From: Fistulifera solaris
Lineage: Eukaryota
Direction of reading: 5' to 3'
NCBI GenBank assembly: GCA_030295235.1
Contig: AP026159.1
Span: forward strand, 186,001 to 232,645
DNA: 46,645 nt
Positions 9,879 to 22,961 of the stretch are shown here, piece after piece. The stretch's first letter is position 1; each line of letters begins with the position of its first letter. The translations under genes were made by a program, and so were the position numbers. The notes under the pieces were generated by a model. It ran no database searches. It saw only the letters and a program-made list of their open reading frames with translations, and was not told the DNA's origin.

Positions 9879-9995
9879 TTATTCAAAATCTTTACGATTT
9901 GGATTTCTTGATGGATCACTTGAAAGAAGGCCGAAAATGAATAAAGAAACAAAGAAGATAATTGTTGTATAAACTAAAATTTTTAAAGTTAACAT
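9879..9995 (-). CDS. psbI: Photosystem II protein I
   Basis: [38 protein letters not shown]. Confidence 0.97.
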   Translation of the reverse strand: MLTLKILVYTTIIFFVSLFIFGLLSSDPSRNPNRKDFE

Positions 9996-10082
9996 TGAAT
10001 TTTTCTTAAAAATTATTTTTAATAATATTAATTATACTAAAATAAAAAGATTCTGAATTATTTAATTAGATAAAAATCATGT

Positions 10083-10436
10083 TCAATAATCGGAAGTGTA
10101 ATTAATTGTGTTCGTAGAATCATTTAGATTTGTATATAGTGGGTACGCTTTTGAAACAGTAAGTTGAACTTTTTTCATGGGTAATGAGCTATAATTTAGT
10201 GTTTCATTTTTGACCAAAGAAATATAACCTTCAACTAGAAGATAGTCACCCATTTTACAGTAAGATGTTACATCTTGAGCGAAATTACCCCAAAACATTA
10301 GCTCTATGATTTGTGTAGTTCTTAATAAAGGTAATTGACCTCTAAATCTAGTAATTAAGATGTTATTTTCTAATAATTCTTGTCTAGGCAATTCTAAAAT
10401 TTTAATAATTCCTGCTATATAGTTTATAGACGTCAT
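10083..10436 (-). CDS. ycf41: Ycf41, SSB/OB-fold-like protein
   Basis: 117 aa; FWGNFAQD...GDYLLVEGYI SSB-like pattern; position between ycf39 and psbI. Confidence 0.85.
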   Translation of the reverse strand: MTSINYIAGIIKILELPRQELLENNILITRFRGQLPLLRTTQIIELMFWGNFAQDVTSYCKMGDYLLVEGYISLVKNETLNYSSLPMKKVQLTVSKAYPLYTNLNDSTNTINYTSDY

Positions 10437-10457
10437 ATTTTTAATTTAGTCTTATTC

Positions 10458-11417
10458 CTAAATAACCAAATTCTTCTGTTTCTGAACATCTTCGAAATTA
10501 ATATCAAGTAGTCGCTTTAATAAACGAATAAAGTATTCTAAGAAATAATCATCAAGTTGGACTATTTCTGAAGTATCAATTTTAAACTTTTTATAAAGGT
10601 CAAAAGTGGATTTCGAAAAATTATTTTCACTACTTAAAACTTCTGCAAACGCTAGTCTATCACTAATATTTTGACCCCATTCAAAAAATCCAAAGAATTG
10701 ACTAACAATTTTTAGTAAAAACAATGGTATACGTTGAACCTTTGCTTCTCGACCGGCTAACTGTTCACATAAATTAATGATCTCCGATGAAACCCAAGCA
10801 CGTGATCCACTCAAGAAAAAGGTTTGATTTTGGGTAGAAGAAATTTGAAGAGATCGTAAGCAAAACTTTGCAATATCTTGCGTGTCCATATACGAAATAT
10901 ATGTATTTTCATTTGTTACCCAAATAGGTAATCTTTCTAAAATTGGAATTGCATATTGCTCAATTAACCCTTGATAAAAACCAGTTAACCTAAAAATTGT
11001 ATAGGGAATACCAGATTGTTTTAATTTAATTTCGATCCCGTTTTTTATTTTCATTAATGGAATGGTTTTAAATTCTTCCACGTTTTGAGCTGAGAAAAAA
11101 ATAAAACGCTGAATATTAGCAATTTTTGCTGCTTCAATTAAGAATAATTTTCCTTCCCAATCAACTTTTTTTAGTGCATCTAATTCATCTACTCGACTTG
11201 TCGAAGCATCAATGATTGCTGTAATTCCTTTTAAACAAGGTGGAATCGTTTCTGGTTTTGATAAATCGCCATAAACTAATTCCGCACCCCATTCTTTTAA
11301 AAAGCTAGCTTTTCGAAAATTCCTTACCAAACAACGAACTTGGTAACCTTTTGTCAATGCTTGTAAGACAATCTGCCGACCCAATGTTCCTGTGCCGCCA
11401 ATAATTAATAAACTCAT
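10458..11417 (-). CDS. ycf39: Ycf39, NAD(P)-binding PSII assembly factor
   Basis: IGGTGTLGRQ Rossmann motif, FLKEWGAELVYGDL. Confidence 0.96.
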   Translation of the reverse strand: MSLLIIGGTGTLGRQIVLQALTKGYQVRCLVRNFRKASFLKEWGAELVYGDLSKPETIPPCLKGITAIIDASTSRVDELDALKKVDWEGKLFLIEAAKIANIQRFIFFSAQNVEEFKTIPLMKIKNGIEIKLKQSGIPYTIFRLTGFYQGLIEQYAIPILERLPIWVTNENTYISYMDTQDIAKFCLRSLQISSTQNQTFFLSGSRAWVSSEIINLCEQLAGREAKVQRIPLFLLKIVSQFFGFFEWGQNISDRLAFAEVLSSENNFSKSTFDLYKKFKIDTSEIVQLDDYFLEYFIRLLKRLLDINFEDVQKQKNLVI

Positions 11418-11443
11418 AGTTTTGTGTTATTCTTTGAACATTT

Positions 11444-12315
11444 TTAATCGTTAAAAACTGTACTTTGTAAAATGTCTTGGGCTTCAATATTAACTAATTC
11501 TCGTTTTGTTAAAACTTGACCACGACTTTCAAAAATTCGATTTGCTTGACGCATTCGAGCACGATCTAATGCATTTTTTACACTACGGGCATTAGCAAAT
11601 AATGGTTTTTGTTTTCGTTTGTAAATATATTGTGCTAATGCTTGTTCTGCTTCAGGTGTTAACTGATATTGCTGATCTTGTAGCATCAATTTTGAAATTT
11701 GTAATAGTTCTTCAACCGTATAATCAGGAAAATCAATATGGTTTGCAATTCGCGAAGATAACCCTGGATTAGATTCATAAAATTTATCCATAGGTTGTTT
11801 ATAACCAGCTAAAATAACAACTAATTCATCACGTTGATTTTCCATGACTTGTAATAAGATTTCAATAGCTTCTGCTCCATAATCTCGTTCGTTATCTGGT
11901 TTATATAAATAATAAGCTTCATCAATAAATAAAACACCACCCATCGCTTTTTTAAGTACCTCTTTAGTTTTAGGAGCAGTGTGTCCGATGTATTGTCCAA
12001 CTAGATCATCACGCGTAACAGTTAAAAGATGACCCTTTTGATATAACCTAATTGATACAAGATATCGGCCATTTTTAATCCAACAGTAGTTTTACCCGTA
12101 CCTGGACTTCCAGTAAATGACATATGTAAACCAGGACTACCAGCAACGATTCCTAAATTTTTTCGTAATTTGTCAATTAATAATAATGCTGCAATTTCAC
12201 GAATTCTTGACTTAACTGGCGCTAAACCTACTAGTTCTTCATCTAGCAAGTTTAAAACCTTAGCTATTTCTGTTTTTGCATATTCTTCTTGTAAATAAAC
12301 GGGAGATGTATTCAT
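11444..12315 (-). CDS. cbbX: Red-type Rubisco activase CbbX (frameshift ~12035)
   Basis: [13 protein letters not shown]alker [13 protein letters not shown]alker [11 protein letters not shown]. Confidence 0.97.
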
Positions 12316-12448
12316 AAGTTTTAAATTTTCAAATAAATAAGTTGTACTTAAATGTCTCTTGAAAGACATATTAAGTACATAAATGATCTACTATACTCTC
12401 AGAATTCTCGTTATTAAAACTGAATTACCGTGATATAGTAGCAAATTT

Positions 12449-12905
12449 TTAAATCGTTGTAAATGTCGGAATACTTGATAAACAAATAAATGCAAATCCT
12501 GCACTTCCACATGCACCAACAAAGAAACCGCCGCGAAACTCATCCCAAGCTTTTTTTTGTCTGTAAATCATTTGGATTTGCAGTTGTTGATTTTTCTTGC
12601 CCAAAAGCTGCTACACCATAAATTGTTAAACCTAATGTTAAAATAACAATTAAACCAATTGTTGAAAGAAAACCAGATAATAAAGCTACCTCAGAATTTC
12701 TTAACGGACCTAACATAACAAATGGGCCTATTAAAAAATATCCATGTGCTAAACCGATTTCTAAACCACGTAATAATGGTGTTAAACCAAAACGATAAGC
12801 TGGTAAATTTTGTAAAAGCGCTCTCGTTATTGCAGAAGACGTTATTGGTGTTGCTAAGTGACCTACAAAAGGATCATCATTATACGGTTTAATAAAATTA
12901 GCCAT
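12449..12905 (-). CDS. psaL: Photosystem I subunit XI (frameshift ~12555)
   Basis: [20 protein letters not shown]...[10 protein letters not shown]...[15 protein letters not shown]. Confidence 0.97.
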
Positions 12906-13088
12906 AAAATTAATTTGAAAATTAGTTAAATTAATAATAAAATTTTTTAATAAAACAAATATAAGGTAGTTAAAAACTTTTCATTAAATTTTAACCAACC
13001 AAAATTTTTCTATAGATTACTATATAATATATATTAATATGTAGAAAAATTTTTATAAACTTCATTTTGATAAAATAAGAAAGCTTTT

Positions 13089-13185
13089 ATGACAGTTGCT
13101 ATCGATTACTTTTTTATTATTAGGATTCTGCTTTACACTTGCCTCTGGTTTATTCTTAGGATTGAAATCAATCAAGTTAATTTAA
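13089..13185 (+). CDS. petL: Cytochrome b6f subunit VI (frameshift in T-run)
   Basis: MTVAIDYF...LASGLFLGLKSIKLI. Confidence 0.92.
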
Positions 13186-13205
13186 TTTTTAACGAACCGC
13201 AATAG

Positions 13206-13750
13206 ATGCAAAAGAATATCCGTCAAGATAAAATTACTGGATCTCGAAGATTCAGTAATTATTTTTGGTCATTTTTTTATTCGCTGGTGGCTTTGGATTT
13301 TTATTAGCGGGTATATCTAGTTATTTTAACACTAACTTATTACCATTTGCCGATACATCAGAACTTGTATTTATTCCACAAGGTATAGTTATGATGTTTT
13401 ATGGTACATTAAGTTTAGGATTTAGTATTTATATATTTATTACGATACTATTAGACATTGGAAGTGGTTACAATGAGTACAACAAAGCAGAAAATCTTGT
13501 CAAAATTATTAGAAGAGGGTTTCCTGGAAAAAACCGTGAAATTTTGTTAACTTACCCATTGGAAAATGTTAGATCGATTGGTATAAAAATAACAGAAGGT
13601 CTCAATCCGACACGTAACATTTATTTATGTTTAAAGGACGAACGGAATATTCCATTAACACCAGTTCAAGAACCAACTGCTATTTCAGATTTAGAAGAAG
13701 AAGCTGCAGATTTAGCTAAATTTTTAGATTTAAAATTGGAAAATTTATAA
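13206..13750 (+). CDS. ycf4: Photosystem I assembly protein Ycf4 (frameshift ~13270)
   Basis: MQKNIRQDKITGSRRFSNYFW...FIPQGIVMMFYG...RRGFPGKNR. Confidence 0.96.
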
Positions 13751-13798
13751 GATTTTATTGCTTTTAGTCCTGTATATACCTATACTATTTGTAGGTAT

Positions 13799-13869
13799 GC
13801 GGGCATAGTTTAGTGGTAAAACCTTAGCCTTCCAAGCTAATGATGGGGGTTCGATTCCCCCTGCCCGCT
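13799..13869 (+). tRNA. trnG: tRNA-Gly(UCC)
   Basis: GCGGGCATAGTTTAGTGG...TTAGC-CTTCCAA-GCTAA...GGTTCGATTCC. Confidence 0.97.
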
Positions 13870-13933
13870 TTTTTTATATTTCTGAGAAATTTAGACTGAG
13901 CAACAATTTTTTTTTATAGGAGAATATATAAAT

Positions 13934-14188
13934 ATGTCTGGTGGATCTACGGGTGAACGTCCGTTTTCGGATATTATTACTAGTGTACGTTATTGGATTA
14001 TCCACAGTATTACAATTCCATCTCTTTTTGTATCAGGATGGTTATTCGTAAGTACTGGTTTAGCATATGATGTATTTGGTACTCCACGTCCAAATGAGTA
14101 CTTTACACAAGATCGTCAACAAATTCCGTTAGTAAACGATCGTTTCAGTGCAAAACAAGAATTAGAAGATTTAACTAAAGGTTTATAA
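13934..14188 (+). CDS. psbE: Cytochrome b559 alpha
   Basis: [32 protein letters not shown]. Confidence 0.99.
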
Positions 14189-14202
14189 TTGAGGTAAAAA
14201 AC

Positions 14203-14334
14203 ATGGCAAAAAACATTAATCAACCTATCGCTTATCCAATTTTCACATTCCGTTGGTTAGCAATTCACGGTTTAGCAGTACCAACAGTATTCTTCTTAGG
14301 TGGAATTACTGCAATGCAATTTATTCAACGATAA
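14203..14334 (+). CDS. psbF: Cytochrome b559 beta
   Basis: [33 protein letters not shown]. Confidence 0.98.
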   Translation: MAKNINQPIAYPIFTFRWLAIHGLAVPTVFFLGGITAMQFIQR

Positions 14335-14368
14335 ACTCATAAACTAAATAGATACGAGGTAATTTTTT

Positions 14369-14484
14369 ATGACAGGTCCAAACCCAAATAAACAAGCAGT
14401 AGAATTAAATCGAACGTCTCTTTTTGGGGACTTTTATTAATTTTTGTTTTAGCTGTTTTATTCTCAAGTTATTTCTTCAATTAA
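14369..14484 (+). CDS. psbL: Photosystem II protein L (1-nt slip)
   Basis: [18 protein letters not shown]...[11 protein letters not shown]. Confidence 0.96.
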
Positions 14485-14509
14485 TATTAATCTAATAGGA
14501 GCTTTTTTC

Positions 14510-14629
14510 ATGGCAAATACTGGTAGAATTCCATTATGGCTTGTAGGCTTAGTAGGTGGCTTTGCGGTGATTACTATGCTTGCTTTATTTATCTATGGTT
14601 CATATTCAGGTTTAGGTTCATCACTTTAA
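14510..14629 (+). CDS. psbJ: Photosystem II protein J
   Basis: [13 protein letters not shown]...[11 protein letters not shown]. Confidence 0.98.
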   Translation: MANTGRIPLWLVGLVGGFAVITMLALFIYGSYSGLGSSL

Positions 14630-14633
14630 TATG

Positions 14634-14677
14634 ATTCGGTTAATCTCATTAATAATTTTTAATGGGATTAACCGAAT
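14634..14677. terminator. Hairpin between convergent psbJ and ycf90
   Basis: attcggttaatctcattaa / ttaatgggattaaccgaat inverted repeat. Confidence 0.75.
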
Positions 14678-14721
14678 TAAATGATAGAAAATAATTGTTC
14701 ACTTTAAACTCGAGTTTATTT

Positions 14722-15992
14722 TCAAAATTTTTTTCTAAATTTTTTAATAATTTTTTTGAACAAGCGTGTAACATTTGTTAGCATTGGATTAGTCCGGTTA
14801 GTTCCACGACCAAACCAACCATACCAGAGTTTCGGAAAAACTCGATTTAAGATTTTTTCTTTTTCCTTCGGATCTTGCCATGATGTATATCCCCCACTAT
14901 AAATACTATTCGCTGGACGTGGACCAACATGTAATTCGGTATTTTCAACGAGGAACGGAACATAAAAATATTGTCCCCAAATAGCGTGGAATAAACCAAA
15001 AATAATGAATCCAATGTGAGCTAAAACGACACATGTAATAATACCATTTAGAAGATTCATTTGTAAAATTAAGCTGGGATCAACATAATTGGCGTAAGCT
15101 TTTGTTTGAGGAATTAAAACAAAACTTTGAAAATAATAAACCCGATATATAAAATAAATCAAAATTTGTTCAATTAATCCAATAATAAGTAGGAAAGTCC
15201 AATGCCACCTGATCAAATATGGACAATACCGTTTGCCAATTCGAGTTATGATAGCATACGCTGCCACTCCTGATAATTGATTCCAAAATTTACTCACAAT
15301 TTCATATATTTTTGGGATTGCTTCGTTATAAATACTATAATAGATTGGGAAAACCTTTGATTTTAATGGCTCGTTTAAATTTGAAACAATCATGGAAATT
15401 GGGTCCATATAATAACGTAAACCAGTTTCAGAATCTACATTTACTACTCCTTTAGTAAAACCATAATATAGAATTTGTCCGGGATTGTACCAATTAACAT
15501 TTTCACCTAATTTTAAATCAGTTAATGCCATTTGACGATGAAGTGAGCGTAATTGAACAGCATCCATTCCTAAGCGATTTAAAAATGGCAGTTTTAATAA
15601 TACATTTCTATACATTGATACCAAATCAATTAAATGCCGATACCAAAGATATCCAGCAAAAGCCCGATACAAGTAATATAAAATGAGGTTTTTAAATTAT
15701 AACGGAATGTAAGAATTATAAATCGAATAAAAAGAATGAAAAATAAAACGTTTTCAATATCAGCTAAAGTCAGACCATCTTGAACTTTTTCCCATAACCC
15801 TTCAATAATTAATCTAAAGGTTTCTAAAGAGACCTCAGTTGAGGATTCAAAATTTGAAATATTTAATTCAGATCCTTGGTCTGCTGCTTGAAGAAATTGT
15901 TTATTGGTTGGATCATCTATTCCAAACCAATTTAAGACTGTTTCTTGATCAATATTGATCAAAAGAAGTAAAAGTCGAAAAAGATATAACAT
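14722..15992 (-). CDS. ycf90: Ycf90, diatom plastid membrane protein (frameshift ~15660)
   Basis: ORFs 15630..15992 and 14722..15672 join; RYNLKTSFYITCIGL-AGYLWYRH, YCPYLIRWHWT and LWYGWFGRG motifs; position between psbJ and trnE. Confidence 0.88.
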
Positions 15993-16148
15993 AAATTGGT
16001 TCTATTAAGTCATTTGTGGAAAGAGTTTTAAAGGTTTAATATTTTAATATTAGACTTGCTAAACATACTAAATTTTACTCGAAAAATCAAGATTTTGTAG
16101 GCAAAACTTTATAACCCATTCCGGTGTAATAATTAGAAAATAAAAAAG

Positions 16149-16221
16149 TACCCCCAAGGGAATTCGAATCCCTGTCTGCTCCGTGAAAGGGAGCTGTCCT
16201 AGGCCTCTAGACGATGGGGGC
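16149..16221 (-). tRNA. trnE: tRNA-Glu(UUC)
   Basis: GCCCCCATCGTCTAGAGGCCTAGGAC...CTTTCAC...GGGATTCGAATTCCC. Confidence 0.97.
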
Positions 16222-16253
16222 AAAACGTAATGAAATAGCTTAATTAGGTTTGA

Positions 16254-16325
16254 AGCGGGCAACGCGATTCGAACGCGCGACATCAACCTTGGCAAGGTTG
16301 CGCTCTACCACTGAGCTATGCCCGC
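16254..16325 (-). tRNA. trnG: tRNA-Gly(GCC)
   Basis: GCGGGCATAGCTCAGTGG...CAACC-TTGCCAA-GGTTG. Confidence 0.97.
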
Positions 16326-16369
16326 TGACAAATCTCCAAAAAGCTTTTTGGAACATACGTACTGACCAT

Positions 16370-16397
16370 AGTGTATAAAAAGATTAAATTATGTCAA
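16370..16397 (-). promoter_or_regulatory. Sigma70-like promoter for trnG-trnE
   Basis: TTGACA-N16-TACACT on the minus strand ~45 nt upstream of trnG. Confidence 0.55.
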
Positions 16398-16442
16398 TAC
16401 TTAAAAAATAAGAAATTATAGTTTAACTATAATTTCTTATTT

Positions 16443-16628
16443 TTAAATTGATGATGCAATCCCATCTGCTGCAGCAATTGTAATAACAAGAACTACCCAA
16501 GCTTGGAAGCCTTTTGTAAAATTATCTTTTGAAGTTTCCCATTCACCTGGTGTAGCTAAAGCTACTGGAACTGTTACAACTAAACCTAATGAAATTAAAA
16601 CTAATAAAGCTGTTAACAAAGTTATCAT
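16443..16628 (-). CDS. psbZ: Photosystem II protein Z
   Basis: [19 protein letters not shown]. Confidence 0.95.
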   Translation of the reverse strand: MITLLTALLVLISLGLVVTVPVALATPGEWETSKDNFTKGFQAWVVLVITIAAADGIASSI

Positions 16629-16681
16629 AAGTATTTTCTGAAAATTTTTATATTGATGATCGAAAGTAGATAGATATGCTT

Positions 16682-16786
16682 TTAAAGATTACCTTTCTTT
16701 AAAGCTAATAAAATAATCACTGCTGGACCAGCTAACATAATGGTACCTGTAGCTATTAATTGTCCTAGAACTTGCCAATTTAACAT
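16682..16786 (-). CDS. ycf12: Photosystem II Psb30/Ycf12
   Basis: [34 protein letters not shown]. Confidence 0.96.
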   Translation of the reverse strand: MLNWQVLGQLIATGTIMLAGPAVIILLALKKGNL

Positions 16787-17002
16787 GTTTTAAATCCTTA
16801 TTTATCAATTTTTAATAAATTTTAAGTAATAAAATAACCGATAATGTTAATTTTAATTTTACTTTAAAATTACTAAAGTAAAAATATTATTTTAATAAAT
16901 ATTTTAGTTATTTCTTTACCCTCGAAACATTTTAACTTTAATTTTAAATATTTAAACATTAAATATTTTAATATTTAGAAATCCATGGTAATATCATGTG
17001 TA

Positions 17003-17074
17003 GGGTTGCTAACTCAATGGTAGAGTACTCGGCTTTTAACCGAATAGTTCTGGGTTCGAGTCCCAGGTAACCCA
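17003..17074 (+). tRNA. trnK: tRNA-Lys(UUU)
   Basis: GGGTTGCTAACTCAATGG...TCGG-CTTTTAA-CCGA...GGTTCGAGTCC. Confidence 0.97.
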
Positions 17075-17242
17075 GTATTGAATACGTTTAAGCGTAATTA
17101 CTATTTTCAATAAAATTTTTGATAAGAAATAATAATAACACAAGTTATTTAAAAAAAGTTTGATTATTGAATCGGTGCTCAATTTGAGCACCGAGGACTT
17201 TAAATAACCGTTTTTCCGGTTATAAAAATGAAGATTCAAGTA

Positions 17243-19661
<2,419 letters not shown>

Positions 19662-19807
19662 ATTCTAATAATCCTTCAATTAAATTAGTTATAGAGTAAA
19701 CGATGAATAAAAAATTTTACTCTGGTCTTATCAACTTCTGCTTATAATTATACAGCAATTGTAGCAAAAATATATTATGAATTTGAATTAAAAATAGTAA
19801 ATGTTTA

Positions 19808-19843
19808 TTTCTGGGTTTAATTTTTAAACTTTAAACCCAGAAA
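19808..19843. terminator. Hairpin downstream of psaI
   Basis: tttctgggtttaa / ttaaacccagaaa inverted repeat. Confidence 0.65.
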
Positions 19844-19849
19844 CCTAAA

Positions 19850-19960
19850 TTAATCAATATCATCAACTGATACGTAAAGAAAGAATAATGCCATGCTTAA
19901 AGCAGGAAAAACTAAACCAACAATTGGAACCAAAATCGAAGGTAAAAATGCAGCTGCCAT
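19850..19960 (-). CDS. psaI: Photosystem I subunit VIII
   Basis: MAAAFLPSILVPIVGLVFPALSMALFFLYV. Confidence 0.96.
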   Translation of the reverse strand: MAAAFLPSILVPIVGLVFPALSMALFFLYVSVDDID

Positions 19961-20153
19961 ATCCTGATTTTTTAAAATTTTTTAATAAAGAATTATCAAT
20001 TTTACAAACTGATGATATAAATTGTATACGAAAAAACCTTTAATTAAAACATTAATATAAATTAAAAATTTATATGATTTTATAGTAGAATTAATATTAT
20101 TAAATCTAACATTACTAATATTAGAAACTTTATATATATATAAATATTTACAT

Positions 20154-20289
20154 ATGGAAACTTTATTATTATCTCGTTTACCAGAAGCCTATGTTGTGTT
20201 TAGTCCAATTGTAGACGTATTACCAGTTATTCCTGTTTTCTTTTTTATTACTAGCGTTCGTTTGGCAAGCTGCAATTGGGTTTAGATAA
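20154..20289 (+). CDS. psbK: Photosystem II protein K (1-nt slip)
   Basis: [20 protein letters not shown]...[11 protein letters not shown]. Confidence 0.96.
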
Positions 20290-20389
20290 TTTTAATTTAA
20301 GCTCCGCAATTGTATTATGTTGCTGTATAATTGTATTTGTATAGTGACAGAAACGTCATATTAATATTAAAACGAAAAAATTGCAATAA

Positions 20390-20502
20390 ATGGTAGAACC
20401 TTTATTATCTGGTATTGTTTTAGGGCTGATCACTGTAAGTGCACTTGGGCTTTTGTTGCAGCTTTCTTACAGTATCGTCGTGGTAGTCAGTTTGAAATTT
20501 AA
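20390..20502 (+). CDS. petG: Cytochrome b6f subunit V (1-nt slip)
   Basis: MVEPLLSGIVLGLIT...AAFLQYRRGSQFEI. Confidence 0.96.
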
Positions 20503-20509
20503 TAACTAA

Positions 20510-20557
20510 TATTAAGACTTTATAGTTACAAAAATTTATACCTATAAAGTTTTAATA
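20510..20557. terminator. Hairpin downstream of petG
   Basis: tattaagactttatag / ctataaagttttaata inverted repeat. Confidence 0.6.
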
Positions 20558-20734
20558 AATAATTTTTTTATTTTGAAAATTTAATAAATAATAATAAAAA
20601 ATTTTTATATACCTTGTCATTTTTGACTAATTATGTTAATCTATAGTCGGGCCGACATGTAAACATAAGTTAGTATTAAGAATTAAAAGCAATTGCTTAT
20701 TATCAGTAATAGTAGTATAGTTATGTGTGTCATT

Positions 20735-20805
20735 GCTGGTGTAGCTCAATGGTAGAGCAACGGATTTGTAATCCGTAGGTTGGGGTTCAAGTCCCTTCAC
20801 CAGCT
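20735..20805 (+). tRNA. trnT: tRNA-Thr(UGU)
   Basis: GCTGGTGTAGCTCAATGG...ACGGA-TTTGTAA-TCCGT. Confidence 0.95.
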
Positions 20806-20879
20806 TAGATAAACTTGAAACAGAGTTGTGTACAATATAATATTTTATTACATGGCAACCTTTTATTTTCGATTTTGCA

Positions 20880-20952
20880 TAGGCCCAGTAGGAATCGAAC
20901 CTACATTGGAAACTTAGAAGGTTTCTGTCCTAATCCATTAGACGATAGGCCC
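20880..20952 (-). tRNA. trnR: tRNA-Arg(UCU)
   Basis: GGGCCTATCGTCTAATGG...GAAAC-CTTCTAA-GTTTC. Confidence 0.96.
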
Positions 20953-20958
20953 TAAATA

Positions 20959-21030
20959 TGGGTAATACAGGATTTGAACCTGTGACCTTCTGCTTGTAAG
21001 GCAGACACTCTACCGCTGAGTTAATTACCC
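20959..21030 (-). tRNA. trnV: tRNA-Val(UAC)
   Basis: GGGTAATTAACTCAGCGG...TCTGC-CTTACAA-GCAGA. Confidence 0.96.
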
Positions 21031-21061
21031 ACTAGACATGTACGTTCTATACGCACATATA

Positions 21062-21090
21062 TATATACAACAATTTTCGTTCAACGTCAA
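21062..21090 (-). promoter_or_regulatory. Sigma70-like promoter for trnV-trnR
   Basis: TTGACG-N17-TATATA on the minus strand. Confidence 0.5.
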
Positions 21091-21171
21091 CATTAGAATT
21101 CTCTTAAAAATTTATTATAATTCTAATGTTGTTTTTTAAATATGAATATGCTAACATTAGATTGATAATAA

Positions 21172-21253
21172 GGGTCGGTGCCCGAGTGGTTAAAGGGGGC
21201 GGATTGTAAATCCGTTGCGTTTCGCTACGTTGGTTCGAATCCAACTCGGCCCA
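21172..21253 (+). tRNA. trnY: tRNA-Tyr(GUA)
   Basis: GGGTCGGTGCCCGAGTGG...GCGGA-TTGTAAA-TCCGT, long variable arm. Confidence 0.96.
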
Positions 21254-21286
21254 ATACTTGTTTGCATTCGCGTTCTTTAACAAATT

Positions 21287-21480
21287 TTAAAGTGCTGTCA
21301 TATTCAAGATTATAATATAGAGACCAATAAATAATATTACGATAGCAATTGGTACTATAAGCTGAAACTTTTTATTTTTAATAAATTTCGAAAAGGCGTC
21401 AAAATAATTAACATTGAGCCGGCTACACTGCTAATGAAGAAACGAGGATAACGTGAAATATTTGTCCAAAAATCATTCAT
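21287..21480 (-). CDS. ycf33: Ycf33 (1-nt slip)
   Basis: MNDFWTNISRYPRFFISSVAG. Confidence 0.93.
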
Positions 21481-21640
21481 AATTTTTTAATACGCGCTAA
21501 TTTCTAATTTGTCTTATTATATCTTATTATAATTATATACGAGTTTAAAAATTTCAGAATGCTTAATTATAGCATAAAAATAAATTGTTACTTGATTTTA
21601 CTTAATTTATGATAGAATCTGATATAGTTGAATGGTACAA

Positions 21641-21713
21641 GGCTCTGTAGCTCAGTGGTTAGAGCAGGGGATTCATAAGCCCAAGGTCGTAGGTTCAAAT
21701 CCCACCAGAGCCA
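21641..21713 (+). tRNA. trnM: tRNA with CAU anticodon, non-initiator (elongator Met most likely; Ile2 not excluded)
   Basis: GGCTCTGTAGCTCAGTGG...TTCATAA...; the G1-C72 pair argues against fMet. Confidence 0.85.
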
Positions 21714-21752
21714 TTTGGTACTATTTTGTCCATCAAATTAGTTATCAATTTA

Positions 21753-21839
21753 GGAGAAATGGCTGAGTGGTCGAAAGCAATAGATTGCTAATCTATCGTA
21801 CAATTTTCTGTACCCAGGGTTCGAATCCCTGTTTCTCCT
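21753..21839 (+). tRNA. trnS: tRNA-Ser(GCU)
   Basis: GGAGAAATGGCTGAGTGG...ATAGA-TTGCTAA-TCTAT, long variable arm. Confidence 0.96.
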
Positions 21840-21867
21840 ATGCTAAAAAACTTAAAATAAAAAAAAG

Positions 21868-21896
21868 TTGACATATTACAAAGATTAATTTATCTT
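21868..21896 (+). promoter_or_regulatory. Sigma70-like promoter for trnD
   Basis: TTGACA-N17-TATCTT ending 14 nt before trnD. Confidence 0.6.
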
Positions 21897-21910
21897 TTAG
21901 ACGTATCGCT

Positions 21911-21984
21911 GGGATTGTAGTTCAATTGGTTAGAGCACCGCCCTGTCACGGCGGAAGTTGCGAGTTCGAGTCTCGTCAGTCCCG
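21911..21984 (+). tRNA. trnD: tRNA-Asp(GUC)
   Basis: GGGATTGTAGTTCAATTGG...CCGCC-CTGTCAC-GGCGG. Confidence 0.97.
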
Positions 21985-21994
21985 ATTTTAAATA

Positions 21995-22032
21995 AATTTA
22001 ATAATAATATTCTTTCATATTATTATTAAATT
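21995..22032. terminator. Hairpin between convergent trnD and petM
   Basis: 16-bp AT stem aatttaataataatat / atattattattaaatt. Confidence 0.6.
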
Positions 22033-22036
22033 ATTT

Positions 22037-22165
22037 TTATTCACCTTGAACTTTTAATAAAGCAAATCCTAATGAAAGACCTAATAAGGTCATCCCGAAA
22101 CATACAGTTGCTGCCGTAACGATTTCTGCATTCGCATACGGAAATATTGATTTAAGTAATCCCAT
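22037..22165 (-). CDS. petM: Cytochrome b6f subunit VII
   Basis: ANAEIVTAATVCFGMTLLGLSLGFALLKVQGE. Confidence 0.95.
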   Translation of the reverse strand: MGLLKSIFPYANAEIVTAATVCFGMTLLGLSLGFALLKVQGE

Positions 22166-22205
22166 AAAATATTTTTAATTTTAAATTTTACAAAAGCTAA
22201 AAGAA

Positions 22206-22295
22206 TTAGAAACCATTTCGGGCCCAAACAACTAACGCTAATGAAAATGTAAACATTGTCATTAAACCAGCCCATCCTAAACTTAAAATATCCAT
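22206..22295 (-). CDS. petN: Cytochrome b6f subunit VIII
   Basis: [29 protein letters not shown]. Confidence 0.97.
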   Translation of the reverse strand: MDILSLGWAGLMTMFTFSLALVVWARNGF

Positions 22296-22371
22296 AAATC
22301 TATTTTTTAATTTGTTTAAGTTTTGTAATTTAAAAGGTCATTTAAAACCTTTTAAATTACTTTGAATGATA

Positions 22372-22575
22372 TTATACAATACCGTTTACCCAATCTACAT
22401 CTACATTTTCAATAATTAAAGATGAATTATAAATTTGTAAAATAATTAATAAAAATACTAAGAATGCAGCCATCACCACAGCCATAATCGGAGTTGTTCC
22501 CCAACCAGGTGCAACTTTACCATATTCAGCATTTAATGGGCGTAAAATCTCACCTAATCTTGTTCGTAATGCCAT
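22372..22575 (-). CDS. psbH: Photosystem II protein H
   Basis: [19 protein letters not shown]. Confidence 0.98.
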   Translation of the reverse strand: MALRTRLGEILRPLNAEYGKVAPGWGTTPIMAVVMAAFLVFLLIILQIYNSSLIIENVDVDWVNGIV

Positions 22576-22657
22576 AAAAATATTTATTTGTTAATAGATT
22601 AATTTTTCTACTATATGTTATATAATATTAAAGTGTTAATTTAGATAAGTATATAAC

Positions 22658-22789
22658 ATGGAAACAGCAACTATCATTGTAATTTTTGTCTCAAGTTTGC
22701 TTCTAGGTATCACTGCGTACTCTGTTTACACGGCTTTTGGACCAGCATCAAAAAATCTACGTGATCCATTTGAAGAACATGAAGATTAA
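22658..22789 (+). CDS. psbN: PsbN
   Basis: METAT...[20 protein letters not shown]. Confidence 0.97.
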   Translation: METATIIVIFVSSLLLGITAYSVYTAFGPASKNLRDPFEEHED

Positions 22790-22827
22790 AAAATAAAACC
22801 AAAAATGGTTTTATTTTTTAAATAATC

Positions 22828-22923
22828 CTATTTAAGAATACGCGGTGATTCACGGAAGAATACTGCGAAGAAAATTACAACTAAAGTACCAATAAGTAAA
22901 AATGTATAAACTAACGCTTCCAT
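22828..22923 (-). CDS. psbT: Photosystem II protein T
   Basis: [31 protein letters not shown]. Confidence 0.97.
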   Translation of the reverse strand: MEALVYTFLLIGTLVVIFFAVFFRESPRILK

Positions 22924-22961
22924 TGTTTGATCCTATTTAAATATAAAGAATTTACTGTAAA

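Noticed and set aside
20503..20734. Possible loss of rps14, or a rearrangement breakpoint, after petG
   Set aside because: Diatom gene order is variable and the gene may lie outside this window; cannot be supported from this sequence.
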